From the NCBI GenBank assembly GCA_964649235.1, contig CAZYOZ010000001.1:9102-73101 (forward strand): DNA of 64,000 bases, given 5' to 3'. Below the pieces are notes generated by a model that saw only the letters and a program-made list of their open reading frames with translations, was not told the origin of the DNA and did no database searches. The stretch comes from an uncultured Candidatus Bathyarchaeia archaeon. GTDB taxonomy: Archaea; Thermoproteota; Bathyarchaeia; 40CM-2-53-6. Positions within the stretch are counted from its first letter, which is position 1, and each line of letters begins with the position of its first letter. The translations under genes and the position numbers were made by a program. Shown in pieces: positions 10,314-21,000 of the stretch.

Positions 10314-11375
10314 TTGCAGAGAATGAAGGAAGTCAAGCTTGTCTTCGTGGGTTTCGGCACAGTAGCACAAGGTTGCGCGAGGCACCTGGTCAGGCTTGCG
10401 CCACGCCTACAACGCGAATTCGGTTTCACGTACAAAGTCGTCGCTGTCACAGACATAGTCAAAGGTTCCACACAGAACATAGACGAGGGCATCGACTTGT
10501 CCAAGGCGCTGGAGGCGGTGGATAAGGGGAAGAGGTCAGGTGAGCAGGTGCCATTGGGCAAGATTGAGTTCTCCTCGATTGATACGATAAAGACTTCCGG
10601 CGCGGACATTCTCATCGAGGCGACTTGGACGAACCTGAAAGACGGCGAACCCGGGCTCACCCACATCGTGACTGCTCTTGAGAATGGCATGGACGTGGTG
10701 ACTTCGAACAAAGGCCCAATTGCTCTGGCCTTCAGGAAGCTCAGGAAATTGGCTGAATCAAGAGGCAGGTCCCTAAGGTTCGAATCCGCTGTCATGAGCG
10801 GCACGCCAATCTTCAATCTGCACGAATTCTGCTTAGCAGGTGCTAGGATAGATGGATTGAGAGGTATTCTCAACGGAACAACAAACTACATGCTAACAGA
10901 GATGGCTAGTGGGAAGAGCTACAACGACGCCCTCAAGCAAGCCCAGGAGCTGGGTTACGCTGAAACCGATCCTTCGGGCGATGTGGAAGCCCATGACCCA
11001 GCTGCCAAGGTCACAATCCTCGCGAATGTTCTGATGAATGCTGAATTGAACTACAAGGATGTGCCGAGGGATGGGATTACCCACATAACTGGAGACGACA
11101 TACGACGGGCCGCCGAGGAATCAAAGCGGATTAAGCTAATTGCGTCGGCTTCTCGTCACGAAGACGGTCAGGTCGAAGCCGAAGTCAAACCGACCTTGCT
11201 CCCAGACAGCGCCTTCCTCGCGCATGTGGCAGGCGTGACGAATGCCCTTCAGATCTCGACCGACGTACAACCAGATGTGACCATCGTTGGGCCTGGAGCT
11301 GGCGGAGATTCGGCTGGTTATGGTTTGGTAAGCGACATCTTGGCGGTTCACAGGCTTAGGTCAGGAACAAAGTGA
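10314..11375 (+). CDS. hom: homoserine dehydrogenase
   Basis: 353 aa. N-terminal NAD(P)-binding VFVGFGTVAQG, a central catalytic domain and a C-terminal ACT-like region. The start may instead be the internal MKEV. Confidence 0.75.
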   Translation: MQRMKEVKLVFVGFGTVAQGCARHLVRLAPRLQREFGFTYKVVAVTDIVKGSTQNIDEGIDLSKALEAVDKGKRSGEQVPLGKIEFSSIDTIKTSGADILIEATWTNLKDGEPGLTHIVTALENGMDVVTSNKGPIALAFRKLRKLAESRGRSLRFESAVMSGTPIFNLHEFCLAGARIDGLRGILNGTTNYMLTEMASGKSYNDALKQAQELGYAETDPSGDVEAHDPAAKVTILANVLMNAELNYKDVPRDGITHITGDDIRRAAEESKRIKLIASASRHEDGQVEAEVKPTLLPDSAFLAHVAGVTNALQISTDVQPDVTIVGPGAGGDSAGYGLVSDILAVHRLRSGTK

Positions 11376-12766
11376 AAGAGATGATAGATGTAAAGGACAA
11401 GTATTCAGGCGAAGTGATCGGAAGAGTCCCGTCTGTTTCACCTGAACAGGTGCCTAGCATCATCGAGATGGCCTTCAAGGCCTTCGCCAGATACCTAGAA
11501 ACTCTGCCCTTGCACAGGAGGGCAGAGATTCTGACGGAAGCGGCTTCACTCATCCGAAGGCGCCAAAATGATTTTGCGAAGCTGATCGCGCGGGAAGCTG
11601 GCAAACCGATCAAATATTCAAGAAAAGAAGCCACACGGGCTTCACTAACTATGCAGCTCTCTGCTGAAGAAGCCAAGCGACTTCATGGCGAAACAATTCC
11701 CTTCGACGCGGAACCCAGAGGAGAAGATAGAACCGGATATTGGTTTAGGGTTCCCGCTGGTTTGGTCCTTGCGATCACACCCTTCAACGACCCGCTAAAT
11801 CTAGTCGCACATAAACTAGGGCCCGCCGTAGCAGCCGGCAACACAGTAGTCCTGAAACCCTCCAGCTTGACTCCGCTCTCCGCAATCAGACTTGTTGGGA
11901 CACTCCAAGAAGCCGGGCTTCCTGAAGACTATATCCACGTAGTAACGGGTGAAGGTGAGAAGCTTGGCCCAGAACTCGTGTCAAACCCCAACGTTAGGGT
12001 CGTAACCTTCACTGGAGGGGTAGATGCCGGACAGAAAATTGCCAGGCTTGCCGGCCTGAAGAAAATTGCCTTGGAGCTGGGAAGCAACTGCCCCGTCATA
12101 GTCATGGAAGACGCGTCGCTGGACCTCACAGCCGCCTGCGTCCTAGATGCAGGTTACAACTGCCAAGGGCAGAACTGCATACACGCGCAACGCATTCTCA
12201 TTCATGAATCTCGGTATGAGGAGCTTGTCGCTAGGCTTGTTGAAGGGACGAAAAAACTGAAGGTGGGCAACCCTTTGGATGAGTCCACTGACGTCGGCCC
12301 TATGATAGCCGAATCCGAAGCCGCAAGGGTGGAAGAGTGGGTGGATGAGGCTCTCAAGAGCGGAGCTAATGTGATGGTCGGTGGGGAACGCCACGGAACC
12401 ATCTATCTGCCCACGATCCTTACCGATGTCCCAAAGGACGCCAAGGTCGCCACAGAAGAAGTGTTCGGCCCAGTCATGATCGTATCCAAATTCCAGAAAA
12501 TGCCAGATGCGATTCAGGAAAGCAACAGCACGAGCTACGGCTTGCATGCTGGAATCTTTACCAAATCCACAGACAACGCCTTGCGGGCGATCTCGAAGCT
12601 GAATTTCGGGTCAGTGCTAATCAATGACACGAGCGATTTCAGAGTCGACTTCATGCCCTTCGGAGGGATGAAGCACAGCGGACTCGGCCGAGAGGGGGTT
12701 AGGTTTGCGATCGAGGAAACTATGACCGAGATAAAGACGGTCATCTTCAGAAAACCAATTGCTTGA
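11372..12766 (+). CDS. NAD(P)-dependent aldehyde dehydrogenase
   Basis: 464 aa. ALDH superfamily motifs (ELGSNCP, catalytic Cys region CQGQNC, EEVFGPV). 4-bp overlap with hom. Confidence 0.85.
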   Translation: MKEMIDVKDKYSGEVIGRVPSVSPEQVPSIIEMAFKAFARYLETLPLHRRAEILTEAASLIRRRQNDFAKLIAREAGKPIKYSRKEATRASLTMQLSAEEAKRLHGETIPFDAEPRGEDRTGYWFRVPAGLVLAITPFNDPLNLVAHKLGPAVAAGNTVVLKPSSLTPLSAIRLVGTLQEAGLPEDYIHVVTGEGEKLGPELVSNPNVRVVTFTGGVDAGQKIARLAGLKKIALELGSNCPVIVMEDASLDLTAACVLDAGYNCQGQNCIHAQRILIHESRYEELVARLVEGTKKLKVGNPLDESTDVGPMIAESEAARVEEWVDEALKSGANVMVGGERHGTIYLPTILTDVPKDAKVATEEVFGPVMIVSKFQKMPDAIQESNSTSYGLHAGIFTKSTDNALRAISKLNFGSVLINDTSDFRVDFMPFGGMKHSGLGREGVRFAIEETMTEIKTVIFRKPIA

Positions 12767-12787
12767 CCATCTTGGCAGGCGCTCAGA

Positions 12788-13243
12788 CTAGCGAAAAGCA
12801 ATATCCCCTACTAACGGTTTCATTGCCTCAATCAACTTTCTAGTTGGAATCTTTACTAAGGAGCGAGTTGTTCCGCCACTGCTGTAAATGAAAGGTTTCT
12901 CGGCGACGTCTACATCGAGCACTAGCGTCCCTTCCACCACGACAAGTGGGACAGCGCCTGCTTCAAACCCGATAAGCTCCTGAACCTCGGACGCTTTCGC
13001 CATTCTCAGCCGGCGGCCGAGGAGAGTCGCCAGTTTCTGGACATCGAGTCTGTCAGTGCCCGAGAGAACAGCGATTACAGGTCTGTTCAACTCATCTACC
13101 AGAAGCAGGTTCTTCGTCATCGCTGAAACTGACACACCTGCGGCTTGGGCTGCGTCTTCAACCGTGTGGACGGAGGCACTGAAATCCAGAAACTCTGCGT
13201 CCAAGTTCATCTCGACGATCCGGCGTCTAAAATCAGACATCAA
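12788..13243 (-). CDS. YbaK/ProX-type aminoacyl-tRNA deacylase domain protein
   Basis: 151 aa with YbaK/ProX-like layout. Confidence 0.5.
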   Translation of the reverse strand: MMSDFRRRIVEMNLDAEFLDFSASVHTVEDAAQAAGVSVSAMTKNLLLVDELNRPVIAVLSGTDRLDVQKLATLLGRRLRMAKASEVQELIGFEAGAVPLVVVEGTLVLDVDVAEKPFIYSSGGTTRSLVKIPTRKLIEAMKPLVGDIAFR

Positions 13244-13265
13244 ATCTAGCGGTTCTTCCCTGGTT

Positions 13266-14519
13266 CTATGCCAATATGTTTGATTCGTATTGGCTTGTTA
13301 CCAGTTTTCCTTCGCGGAATCTGTTTGCTGAAAAGATGGTGAGATCCGGATGCTTCTTCCCATTCACGATCAATTGTGCCATGAGTTGCCCTACGACGGG
13401 TGAGAGTTTGAATCCATGGCCGCTGAAACCTGCAGCAATGTACAGGCCCTTTATCTCGGGGGATTCATCCAGGATTGGATGCCAGTCAGGTGTGACATCG
13501 TAGGGTCCAGACCAGCCCCTTTCCCAACGGCCCTGCGCCATAGCGGGAAAACGGTTGAAGAGCTTCTGCGAGTACGACATGACGGTTTCGTAGTCAACGC
13601 CCTCACAATAATCCGGATCATCAAGTTCGGGAAGGTTCGATTCCAGTGAACCCACCACGAGTCTATCATTGCCCTCGGGGCGGAAGTATATGCCGTTCAG
13701 AAAATCGCCCCAGACAGTCAACGTCGTCGTAAACTCGCGCGGCCTGACGAACATGCAATTCTGTTCTCTCAACACTCGAATCGGTAGCTTTGAGTGACCT
13801 TCAGGCATTACTTGACTGGCCCAGACATTTGTGGCGTTCACAACGCGCTCGCCAATTATCTCACCACTTTCCGTTCTGACACCTTTGACTTTGCCGCCAC
13901 TTGAAAGAATTTTCAATACTCGTGTGCGTTCAACGATTTCAACTCCAAGTTTCTCTGCTGCCTCGGCAAATGACTTGGTGGTTGCAGCAGGGTCGGCGTA
14001 TCCGGAGCGAGGTTCGAATGCGGCAGCTGCGATATCTTTCACGTTAGCGCCGGGTTGAAGTTTCTCGAGTTCGCCGGGCTCGACGATCGACGTTTCGATA
14101 CCAATTTTGCGTTGCATGTCTACATTTTTCTTCAAGCTGTCCAAGTCGCCAGGTCCGACTGCCAAGACGAAGCCTGTTCTCTTGAAGCCAGCATCACCTC
14201 CCACTTGCTGTGGGAAGTTCTCAAAGACCTTGAGGCTCTCTAGGGCCATTTCTGCCGTGACCGGGTTGCTGTAGTGCTGGCGAACTATCGCAGTCGACTT
14301 GCCTGTAGTACCCCAGCCTACGTGCTGGCGCTCAACCAGTATGATCCTCAGGCCTTGCTGTAGCTTTGCGGCATTGAAAGCGACGCTGCAGCCAACGCAG
14401 CCACCTCCCACTATGACGATATCTGCGCTATCGGCCAGTTCACTCACACCCATCTTGCCAGACATATGTTTCCCATGAGGATTTAGCAATTTTTTCCGCG
14501 AGTATTCCTTTCTAATCAT
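13266..14519 (-). CDS. FAD-dependent oxidoreductase (DAO / sarcosine-oxidase-beta-like)
   Basis: 417 aa. N-terminal dinucleotide-binding VIVGGGCVGCSVAF and DAO-family layout. The true start is possibly an internal Met. Confidence 0.7.
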   Translation of the reverse strand: MIRKEYSRKKLLNPHGKHMSGKMGVSELADSADIVIVGGGCVGCSVAFNAAKLQQGLRIILVERQHVGWGTTGKSTAIVRQHYSNPVTAEMALESLKVFENFPQQVGGDAGFKRTGFVLAVGPGDLDSLKKNVDMQRKIGIETSIVEPGELEKLQPGANVKDIAAAAFEPRSGYADPAATTKSFAEAAEKLGVEIVERTRVLKILSSGGKVKGVRTESGEIIGERVVNATNVWASQVMPEGHSKLPIRVLREQNCMFVRPREFTTTLTVWGDFLNGIYFRPEGNDRLVVGSLESNLPELDDPDYCEGVDYETVMSYSQKLFNRFPAMAQGRWERGWSGPYDVTPDWHPILDESPEIKGLYIAAGFSGHGFKLSPVVGQLMAQLIVNGKKHPDLTIFSANRFREGKLVTSQYESNILA

Positions 14520-14645
14520 CTGGTCCTCTTAGCAAGTCACGAAGCAATGAAATAGCTCGGTCAGAGATTTCTACGAAAGCTATAACCATCCGCTGACTTC
14601 CTAGCAGCATGCTCGGAAAACAAAGGGGTTCCAAGGCTGCGAAAA

Positions 14646-15578
14646 TTGCCAGAACCGGCCCAAAAACACAAACTGGTCTGCGATACATTCATCCCGTTCG
14701 TAGAGCAAGCTCGCCGAATAACCGCAGAAGATTCGTCGAAGATAGTTTTTGACAACGGGAACGTCTATCATAAGGACAACCGGCTGAACGACCTCACGGC
14801 CCGCGAGTGGCTGAAGTTTCAGAAGAGCTGGTTCATACTCCGGCCGGCGCCGCGCGAGAAGGGCGTGGTGTTTCATCCAGCGAAGTTTCCTGAGGAGTTG
14901 GTTTCTGAATTTGTGCGCTTCTTTACTAAACAGGGTATGTGGGTTCTAGACCCAATGGCAGGGACAGGCAGCGCCCTAGTCGCGGCGGCTATGTCAGGTA
15001 GGAATGCGGTTGGTGTGGAGCTCCTAGAGAAATATGCGGCCATTGCGGCCCAGCGTGTTCAGCGACTAGCAAATCAAGCTAAACCGCAATCCTCGCGAAA
15101 AGTCAGGGTCAAGGTCATTGAGGGTGATGCGAGAGAAATCGACCGGATGAGTCTGCCAAGCTTCGACTATTGCATAACCTCGCCCCCATACTGGGATATG
15201 TTACAGGAGAAAGGTTTCGAGACCCAGCGGAAACGCCACGAAAAGAACCTAGATGTCTACTACTCAGAGGATCCTAGGGACCTAGGCAACCTGCATGACT
15301 ACAACAAGTTCTTGGACGAGCTGGAAATCATTTACGGAAGGATCGCAAATCTGCTGAAGCGCGGCGCTTACATGACTATCGTTGTAAAGAACGTGAAGAA
15401 GCGCGGAAAAGTCTACCCACTAGCTTGGGATATTGCATCCCGGGTTTCGAAATTCTTGGCCTTAAAGGATGAGAAAATCTGGGGGCAAGACGATATCAAG
15501 CTCGCCCCCTACGGGTACAGACACGCCTGGGTAAGCAACACAGTTCATCACTATTGTTTGAATTTCAGGAAAGAATGA
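14646..15578 (+). CDS. SAM-dependent methyltransferase of the N6-adenine/N4-cytosine (SPPY) type
   Basis: 310 aa. HPAKFPEELVSEFVRFFTKQGMWVLDPMAGTGSAL (motifs X-I) is followed by CITSPPYW (motif IV). No restriction endonuclease gene is adjacent. Confidence 0.6.
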   Translation: MPEPAQKHKLVCDTFIPFVEQARRITAEDSSKIVFDNGNVYHKDNRLNDLTAREWLKFQKSWFILRPAPREKGVVFHPAKFPEELVSEFVRFFTKQGMWVLDPMAGTGSALVAAAMSGRNAVGVELLEKYAAIAAQRVQRLANQAKPQSSRKVRVKVIEGDAREIDRMSLPSFDYCITSPPYWDMLQEKGFETQRKRHEKNLDVYYSEDPRDLGNLHDYNKFLDELEIIYGRIANLLKRGAYMTIVVKNVKKRGKVYPLAWDIASRVSKFLALKDEKIWGQDDIKLAPYGYRHAWVSNTVHHYCLNFRKE

Positions 15579-15660
15579 ACAAGCACAGCATTTTGATGCC
15601 AGACGATTTGAGGCAGGCTTTTATCTCAGGCGGGCTGGACGAACCAGCCAGGTCACTAAC

Positions 15661-16200
15661 GTGCCCAGCAAAGCGAGGATGCTCGCGTTGATCGCCGCAT
15701 TGGCGGCTGCAAACGTGGCATTCCGGCTGGGTTTAGCGGGTGGACCGCCTAACGTCAAGCCTACGGCTTTTCTCGTCATAGTCAGCGGCGTGGTTGCGGG
15801 ACCGTTGCCAGGATTTGCGGTGGGGTGGCTGAGCATGACGCTCAGCGACTTGGTGGGGCCCTTCGGTGCCGGGGTGTGGACGCTGGAAACATCCGGTGGA
15901 ATGGCTACTGTGGGTCTGCTTGCAGGTTTCATCTGGCACAGGGTGAACAACCTGAGCCGCTGGAGAATGGCGTTTGGCGGTCTGCTTCTGACAATGCTGT
16001 TCGACATCGGGACCTCGGTTGTGGACGCTCTCCTATTTTCCTATCCGTGGTTCACAGCGGTCCTGGGCTTGTACGTCCCTTTCATTTCCGGCGGAATCAG
16101 TCCCTACCCATTCGGCATTGCCCATGAGCTTACGACGGCTGTGCTACTCGGAACCATCGGCCCCTCGCTCATTGCCCGAATAAGAAAAGTGTACCAATAG
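15661..16200 (+). CDS. small polytopic membrane protein (ECF-transporter S-component-like)
   Basis: 179 aa with about 5-6 hydrophobic helices and Gly/Pro-rich loops. The size and topology recall ECF S components such as QueT or BioY. No specific motif recognised. Confidence 0.35.
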   Translation: MPSKARMLALIAALAAANVAFRLGLAGGPPNVKPTAFLVIVSGVVAGPLPGFAVGWLSMTLSDLVGPFGAGVWTLETSGGMATVGLLAGFIWHRVNNLSRWRMAFGGLLLTMLFDIGTSVVDALLFSYPWFTAVLGLYVPFISGGISPYPFGIAHELTTAVLLGTIGPSLIARIRKVYQ

Positions 16201-16268
16201 CTGTCTTCATAGGGCGCAGACGAGATTCGGCATGAGTCCCTCTTGTACCTATACCGGTCGGCGAGATC

Positions 16269-16721
16269 ATGGTGAAGGTTGGCGACGCAGCACCTAGATT
16301 CCGTCTACAGTCATCGAAGGGCCACTACGTCGCCCTCGAGGATTTCTTGGACAAGAAGAACCTAGTCATCTACTTCTACCCGAAGGATTTCTCTGTTGGC
16401 TGCACCAAGGAAGCCTGTTCCTTCAGAGACTCCTACCATCTCTTTCAGGAACTGGACGCTGATATCATTGGAATCAGCCCCGACAGCAGATCATCGCACG
16501 AGGCGTTTGCAGACGAAGAGCGATTACCATTTCTACTCCTAACAGATGCAGATAGCTCGGTCAGAAGAGCCTATGGCGTTAAGTCCACTCTCAGTCTCAT
16601 TCCGGGCCGTGTCACCTTCGTCCTAGACAAGCAGGGAATAATCCAGCGAATTTTCTCATCTCAGATCCGTCCAGAACATCATGTTGTAGAAGCGCTGAAA
16701 GCACTCAAGGCACTCGGCTGA
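16269..16721 (+). CDS. bcp: peroxiredoxin Bcp (thiol peroxidase)
   Basis: 150 aa. [19 protein letters not shown] peroxidatic-Cys motif. Confidence 0.85.
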   Translation: MVKVGDAAPRFRLQSSKGHYVALEDFLDKKNLVIYFYPKDFSVGCTKEACSFRDSYHLFQELDADIIGISPDSRSSHEAFADEERLPFLLLTDADSSVRRAYGVKSTLSLIPGRVTFVLDKQGIIQRIFSSQIRPEHHVVEALKALKALG

Positions 16722-16814
16722 GGGAAAGAGAACCATCTTCTCGTCTTGCGAATCATGCAAATCGCAAGTATCATATACCTAAATCCATCCTTGGCTGTGA
16801 AGGGTTCTTCCTCC

Positions 16815-16835
16815 CCTCCCAGTGCGCATGGGAGG
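16815..16835 (+). promoter_or_regulatory. 7-bp perfect inverted repeat (CCTCCCA-gtgcgca-TGGGAGG) between bcp and carA
   Basis: Read directly from the sequence. Possible terminator of bcp or an operator upstream of carA. Confidence 0.3.
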
Positions 16836-16900
16836 ACTAAACGGAACTGGTTCAAACTCCGCTACTCGCAAATCCGGAACACCCCCTCTTCAAGAACCGG

Positions 16901-18007
16901 GAACACTCGCTCCTCACACTTGAAGACGGATCCGTCTTCAAGGGCTTCTCCTTCGGCGCACCCTTACCCACGCAGGGCGAAGTAGTCTTCTCAACATCTA
17001 TGACCGGATACCCGGAAGCCCTCACAGACCCGTCGTACCGCGGGCAGATCCTCTGCCTAACCTATCCGCTCATCGGCAATTATGGCGTCCCAAGCTTAGA
17101 CGCTAAGGAAAATGGGCTGCCAGCCTTCTTCGAGTCAGACCAAATCCAAGTGCGCGGACTAGTCGTGCATGAAGTCTGTGAAACTCCGAGCCATCACGAA
17201 AGTGTTCGTTCTCTCAACGAGTGGCTCCGAGACGAAGGTATCCCTGGCCTTTGCGGCGTCGATACCAGGAGACTTGCGCGAACACTCCGAGAGAGAGGAG
17301 TAATGCTCGGCTCCATCAAGAGCGGAGAGAACTCAGAGGCAAAGGAGGCATCTTTCATACCGAACCCCAATCAAACTAACCTTGTGGCCGAGGTTTCCGC
17401 TCGGGAGAAGAAGATCTACTATCCCGAAAACGCGAATCGTATTGTCCTAATTGACTGTGGAGTCAAGTACGGCATTATCAGAAATCTCCTCAGGCGAAGA
17501 ATGGCTGTAATCCGCGTCCCATTTGACACGACAACGGATGCGATTCTCCAGGAGGAACCCGTAGGTGTCGTCGTGAGCAATGGTCCGGGCGACCCTAAGA
17601 TCTGCCAGCAAACGACCCAGACCATACACCAGCTGATTGAATATGGTATACCGATTCTTGGCATCTGTTTAGGAAACCAGTTGATTGCACTGGCCGAAGG
17701 TGGTGACACTTACAAGATGAAGTACGGGCACAGGTCTCAGAACCAGCCCGTTCTTGACGTTGAAACGGCAAGGTGCTACATCACGACACAAAACCATGGC
17801 TACGCAGTCGAGAAGACATCACTAGAACAAGCAGGCCTCCAAGTATGGTTCGTAAACGCAAACGACCACTCCATCGAGGGGATCAAGCACCCAAAGAAGC
17901 CCTGCATGGCTGTGCAATGGCATCCCGAGGCGTCGCCGGGTCCCACTGACACAGAGTTCATCTTCGACCATTTCCTCAAAGAGGTAAGAGACTACGCCTC
18001 GGCATGA
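16901..18007 (+). CDS. carA: carbamoyl-phosphate synthase small (glutamine amidotransferase) subunit; start codon unresolved
   Basis: ORF 17000..18007 carries the GATase domain. The same frame upstream, open from 16841, encodes the conserved CarA N-terminus (LLTLEDGSVFKGFSFGAPLPTQGEVVFSTSMTGYPEALTDPSY). It contains no ATG, GTG or TTG before 17000. Confidence 0.8.
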   Translation, partial: EHSLLTLEDGSVFKGFSFGAPLPTQGEVVFSTSMTGYPEALTDPSYRGQILCLTYPLIGNYGVPSLDAKENGLPAFFESDQIQVRGLVVHEVCETPSHHESVRSLNEWLRDEGIPGLCGVDTRRLARTLRERGVMLGSIKSGENSEAKEASFIPNPNQTNLVAEVSAREKKIYYPENANRIVLIDCGVKYGIIRNLLRRRMAVIRVPFDTTTDAILQEEPVGVVVSNGPGDPKICQQTTQTIHQLIEYGIPILGICLGNQLIALAEGGDTYKMKYGHRSQNQPVLDVETARCYITTQNHGYAVEKTSLEQAGLQVWFVNANDHSIEGIKHPKKPCMAVQWHPEASPGPTDTEFIFDHFLKEVRDYASA

Positions 18008-21000
18008 ATGGGTCAGAAAGACACTCGTTCTGGGTAGCGGCGCCATCAAGATAGGTGAAGCTGCGGAATTTGACTACAGCGGCTCCCAATGCTTGAAGGC
18101 ACTACGCGAAGAAGGCATAGAAACCATCCTCGTCAACCCGAACATCGCAACCTACCAAACAGACCCGAAACTAGCAGGTAGGGTCTACCTGCTTCCAGTC
18201 ACGGCTGACTACGTTGAGAAAGTTATCCGTAGAGAAAAACCCGACAGCATCTTGCTCGGCTTCGGCGGTCAGACAGCACTGAACTGCGGCGTCGAGTTAG
18301 CTGAGCGCGGCATTCTCGAAAAGCACGGCGTTCGAGTCTTGGGTACTCCCGTACGCGCAATACAAGAAACGGAGGACCGAGAACTCTTCAAGCAAGTCAT
18401 GCTGCGTTGCGGAACACCAATCCCAGCCAGCGCATCGGCCAAATCCGTTGACGAATGCGTAGCCCACGCGAAGCAAATTGGGTATCCAGTGATCATCCGA
18501 GTTGCCTACGCCCTTGGCGGCAAAGGCTCGGCTGTCGTATGGGACGACCAACAAATCAAGAAGGCCGCTGAGCCCGCACTGGCTCAGAGCGCCATCCATC
18601 AAGTGCTCGTTGAGGAGTACCTGCACCATTGGAAAGAAATTGAATATGAGGTCATGCGGGACGAGGCCGACAACTGCATTGCAGTCTGTAACATGGAAAA
18701 CTTCGACCCGATGGGGATTCACACTGGAGATTCAATCGTAATCGCACCTTCCCAGACACTAACGAACCGGGAATACCACAAACTCAGAGCAGCTTCGATC
18801 AACGTCATAAGAAGTCTCGGCATTGTGGGCGAATGCAATATTCAATGGGCGCTAGACCCTCAGAGCGGAAATATACGTGCCATCGAAGTCAACGCCCGTA
18901 TGTCCCGGAGCTCAGCCCTCGCCAGCAAAGCGACAGGTTACCCACTCGCATACATTGCCACCAAACTCGCGATCGGCTACACATTGACAGAACTCTGGAA
19001 CAAGATCACGAACGTTACGACCGCGTGCTTCGAACCTGCGTTGGATTATGTCGTCGTCAAAATACCCAGATGGGATCTGAGGAAGTTTCGAAGGATCGAC
19101 CGCCACATAGGCCCACAGATGAAGTCAGTCGGCGAAGTCATGGCCATAGGGCGTACCTTCGAAGAGGCTCTCCAAAAGGCAGTCAGAATGCTGGACACCC
19201 GCAAGCTGGGACTGGTCTGCAACCACGAAACAGACGAGTCGGCCGAGCAAACGCTAGAAACCCTACGCCATCCCACGGAGGAGAGATTGTGGGCTATAAT
19301 CAGAGCACTCAAGAACCATCTTTCGGTTGATAAGATTCATGAGCTGACCGGAATCGACCCTTGGTTCCTCAGCAAGATTTCGAATATAGTCAATGCTGAG
19401 GAAGTACTCCGACAATCCGGCCTAGATGATTCTGCAGCGCAACTCGTCAGGTATGCCAAAGAGCTTGGATTTTCTGACGCGCAGATCGCGGCATGCTGCC
19501 AAGCCGACGAACAATCAATTAGGGATTACAGGGCAAGAAACCGGATCAACCCTGTTGTGAAGCAGATCGACACCCTTGCGGCAGAGTGGCCAGCCAGAAC
19601 CAACTATCTGTACTTGACCTATGGTGGGGAAGATGACGAGATCGAATTTCAGCTCAGGAAGAAAGTCATCGTCCTCGGTGCGGGCGTCTTCCGAATTGGA
19701 TCAAGCGTCGAGTTCGATTGGAGTGCAGTCAACGCGGTTCTTGGATTGAAGGAAAACGGCATTGAAGAGGCTATACTCATCAACTGCAACCCTGAAACCG
19801 TTTCCACAGACTACGACATATGCGACAAGCTCTACTTCGAGGAACTGACCCTTGAGCGAGTCTTAGACATTTACGAGAAGGAAATGCCACAAGGAATCAT
19901 CGTCAGCGTGGGCGGGCAAACAGCGAACACGCTGGCACCTTCACTAGCAAAGCATGGCGCCAGAATACTGGGTTCGAGCAGCAGAACCATTGACCGCGCT
20001 GAAGACCGGGCAAAGTTCAGCTCACTTCTAGATAGACTGGACATACCCCAGCCCAGCTGGAGGAAAGCAACCTCCGTTCAGGCTTGCAGACGCTTCGCAA
20101 GAGAATTTGGATATCCGGTGCTCGTCCGGCCCAGCTACGTTCTCTCAGGGTCCGCCATGCGGGTTGCAGATAATGAGCAGCAGCTGGAAGAATACTTGGC
20201 GCTTGCCGCGAGCGTATCTCAGGAGCATCCTGTGGTCATCTCAAAGTTCTTCCTTAATGCGCGAGAGGTCGAAGTAGACGGGGTCTGTGACGGAACGACC
20301 ATTCTGCTAGGCCCCGTGATGGAACATATCGAGAACGCCGGCATACACAGCGGCGACGCCACGGTAAGCATTCCACCGAAAACGTTGCCCACAAACATCG
20401 CAAGGAAGGTTCGGGATTACAGCAAGGAGATTGCCCTGGGCCTAGGGGTCCGCGGTCCGTTCAATATTCAATACTTGGTGAAGGGCGACACGGTCTACGT
20501 GATTGAATGCAACGCCCGGGCGTCTCGGTCCATGCCCTACATCAGCAAATCCACAGGGCGAAACCTCATCCAAGCCGCAATCCCAGTCTTGATCGGTAAA
20601 CAGAAACTGAACAGGACCGACGCATCAGACGAGTCTGAGCCCCGGCATTTCAGCGTGAAAGTTCCACAGTTCAGTTTTGTACGACTGACTGGAGCGGATC
20701 CTGTTTCGAGTGTTGAAATGCTCAGCACCGGCGAAGTGGCCTGCCTAGGACGCAACTTCTCGGACGCCTTAGCAAAAGCGTTAGAGGCCACCGAAATCTC
20801 GCTGCCGCGCCTAGGAGGCGGTGTGCTCATCACCGTCGGCGGCAAGGAGCTCAAGGACCGCGTCATCCCAATCGCCATTGCCCTCGGGTCGCTGGGTTTC
20901 GAGATCTACGCAACCGAACATACAGCGCAGGCCTTGCATCTGTCAGGATTGAGAAGAGTCATTTCACTTCACAAAATAGGGGAGGCAGAGAAGAAACCGA

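Noticed and set aside
16746-16985. 79-aa ORF upstream of carA (track start uses TTG)
   Set aside because: Low-complexity Ser/Pro/Arg-rich translation. It overlaps the region that encodes the conserved CarA N-terminus in a different frame.
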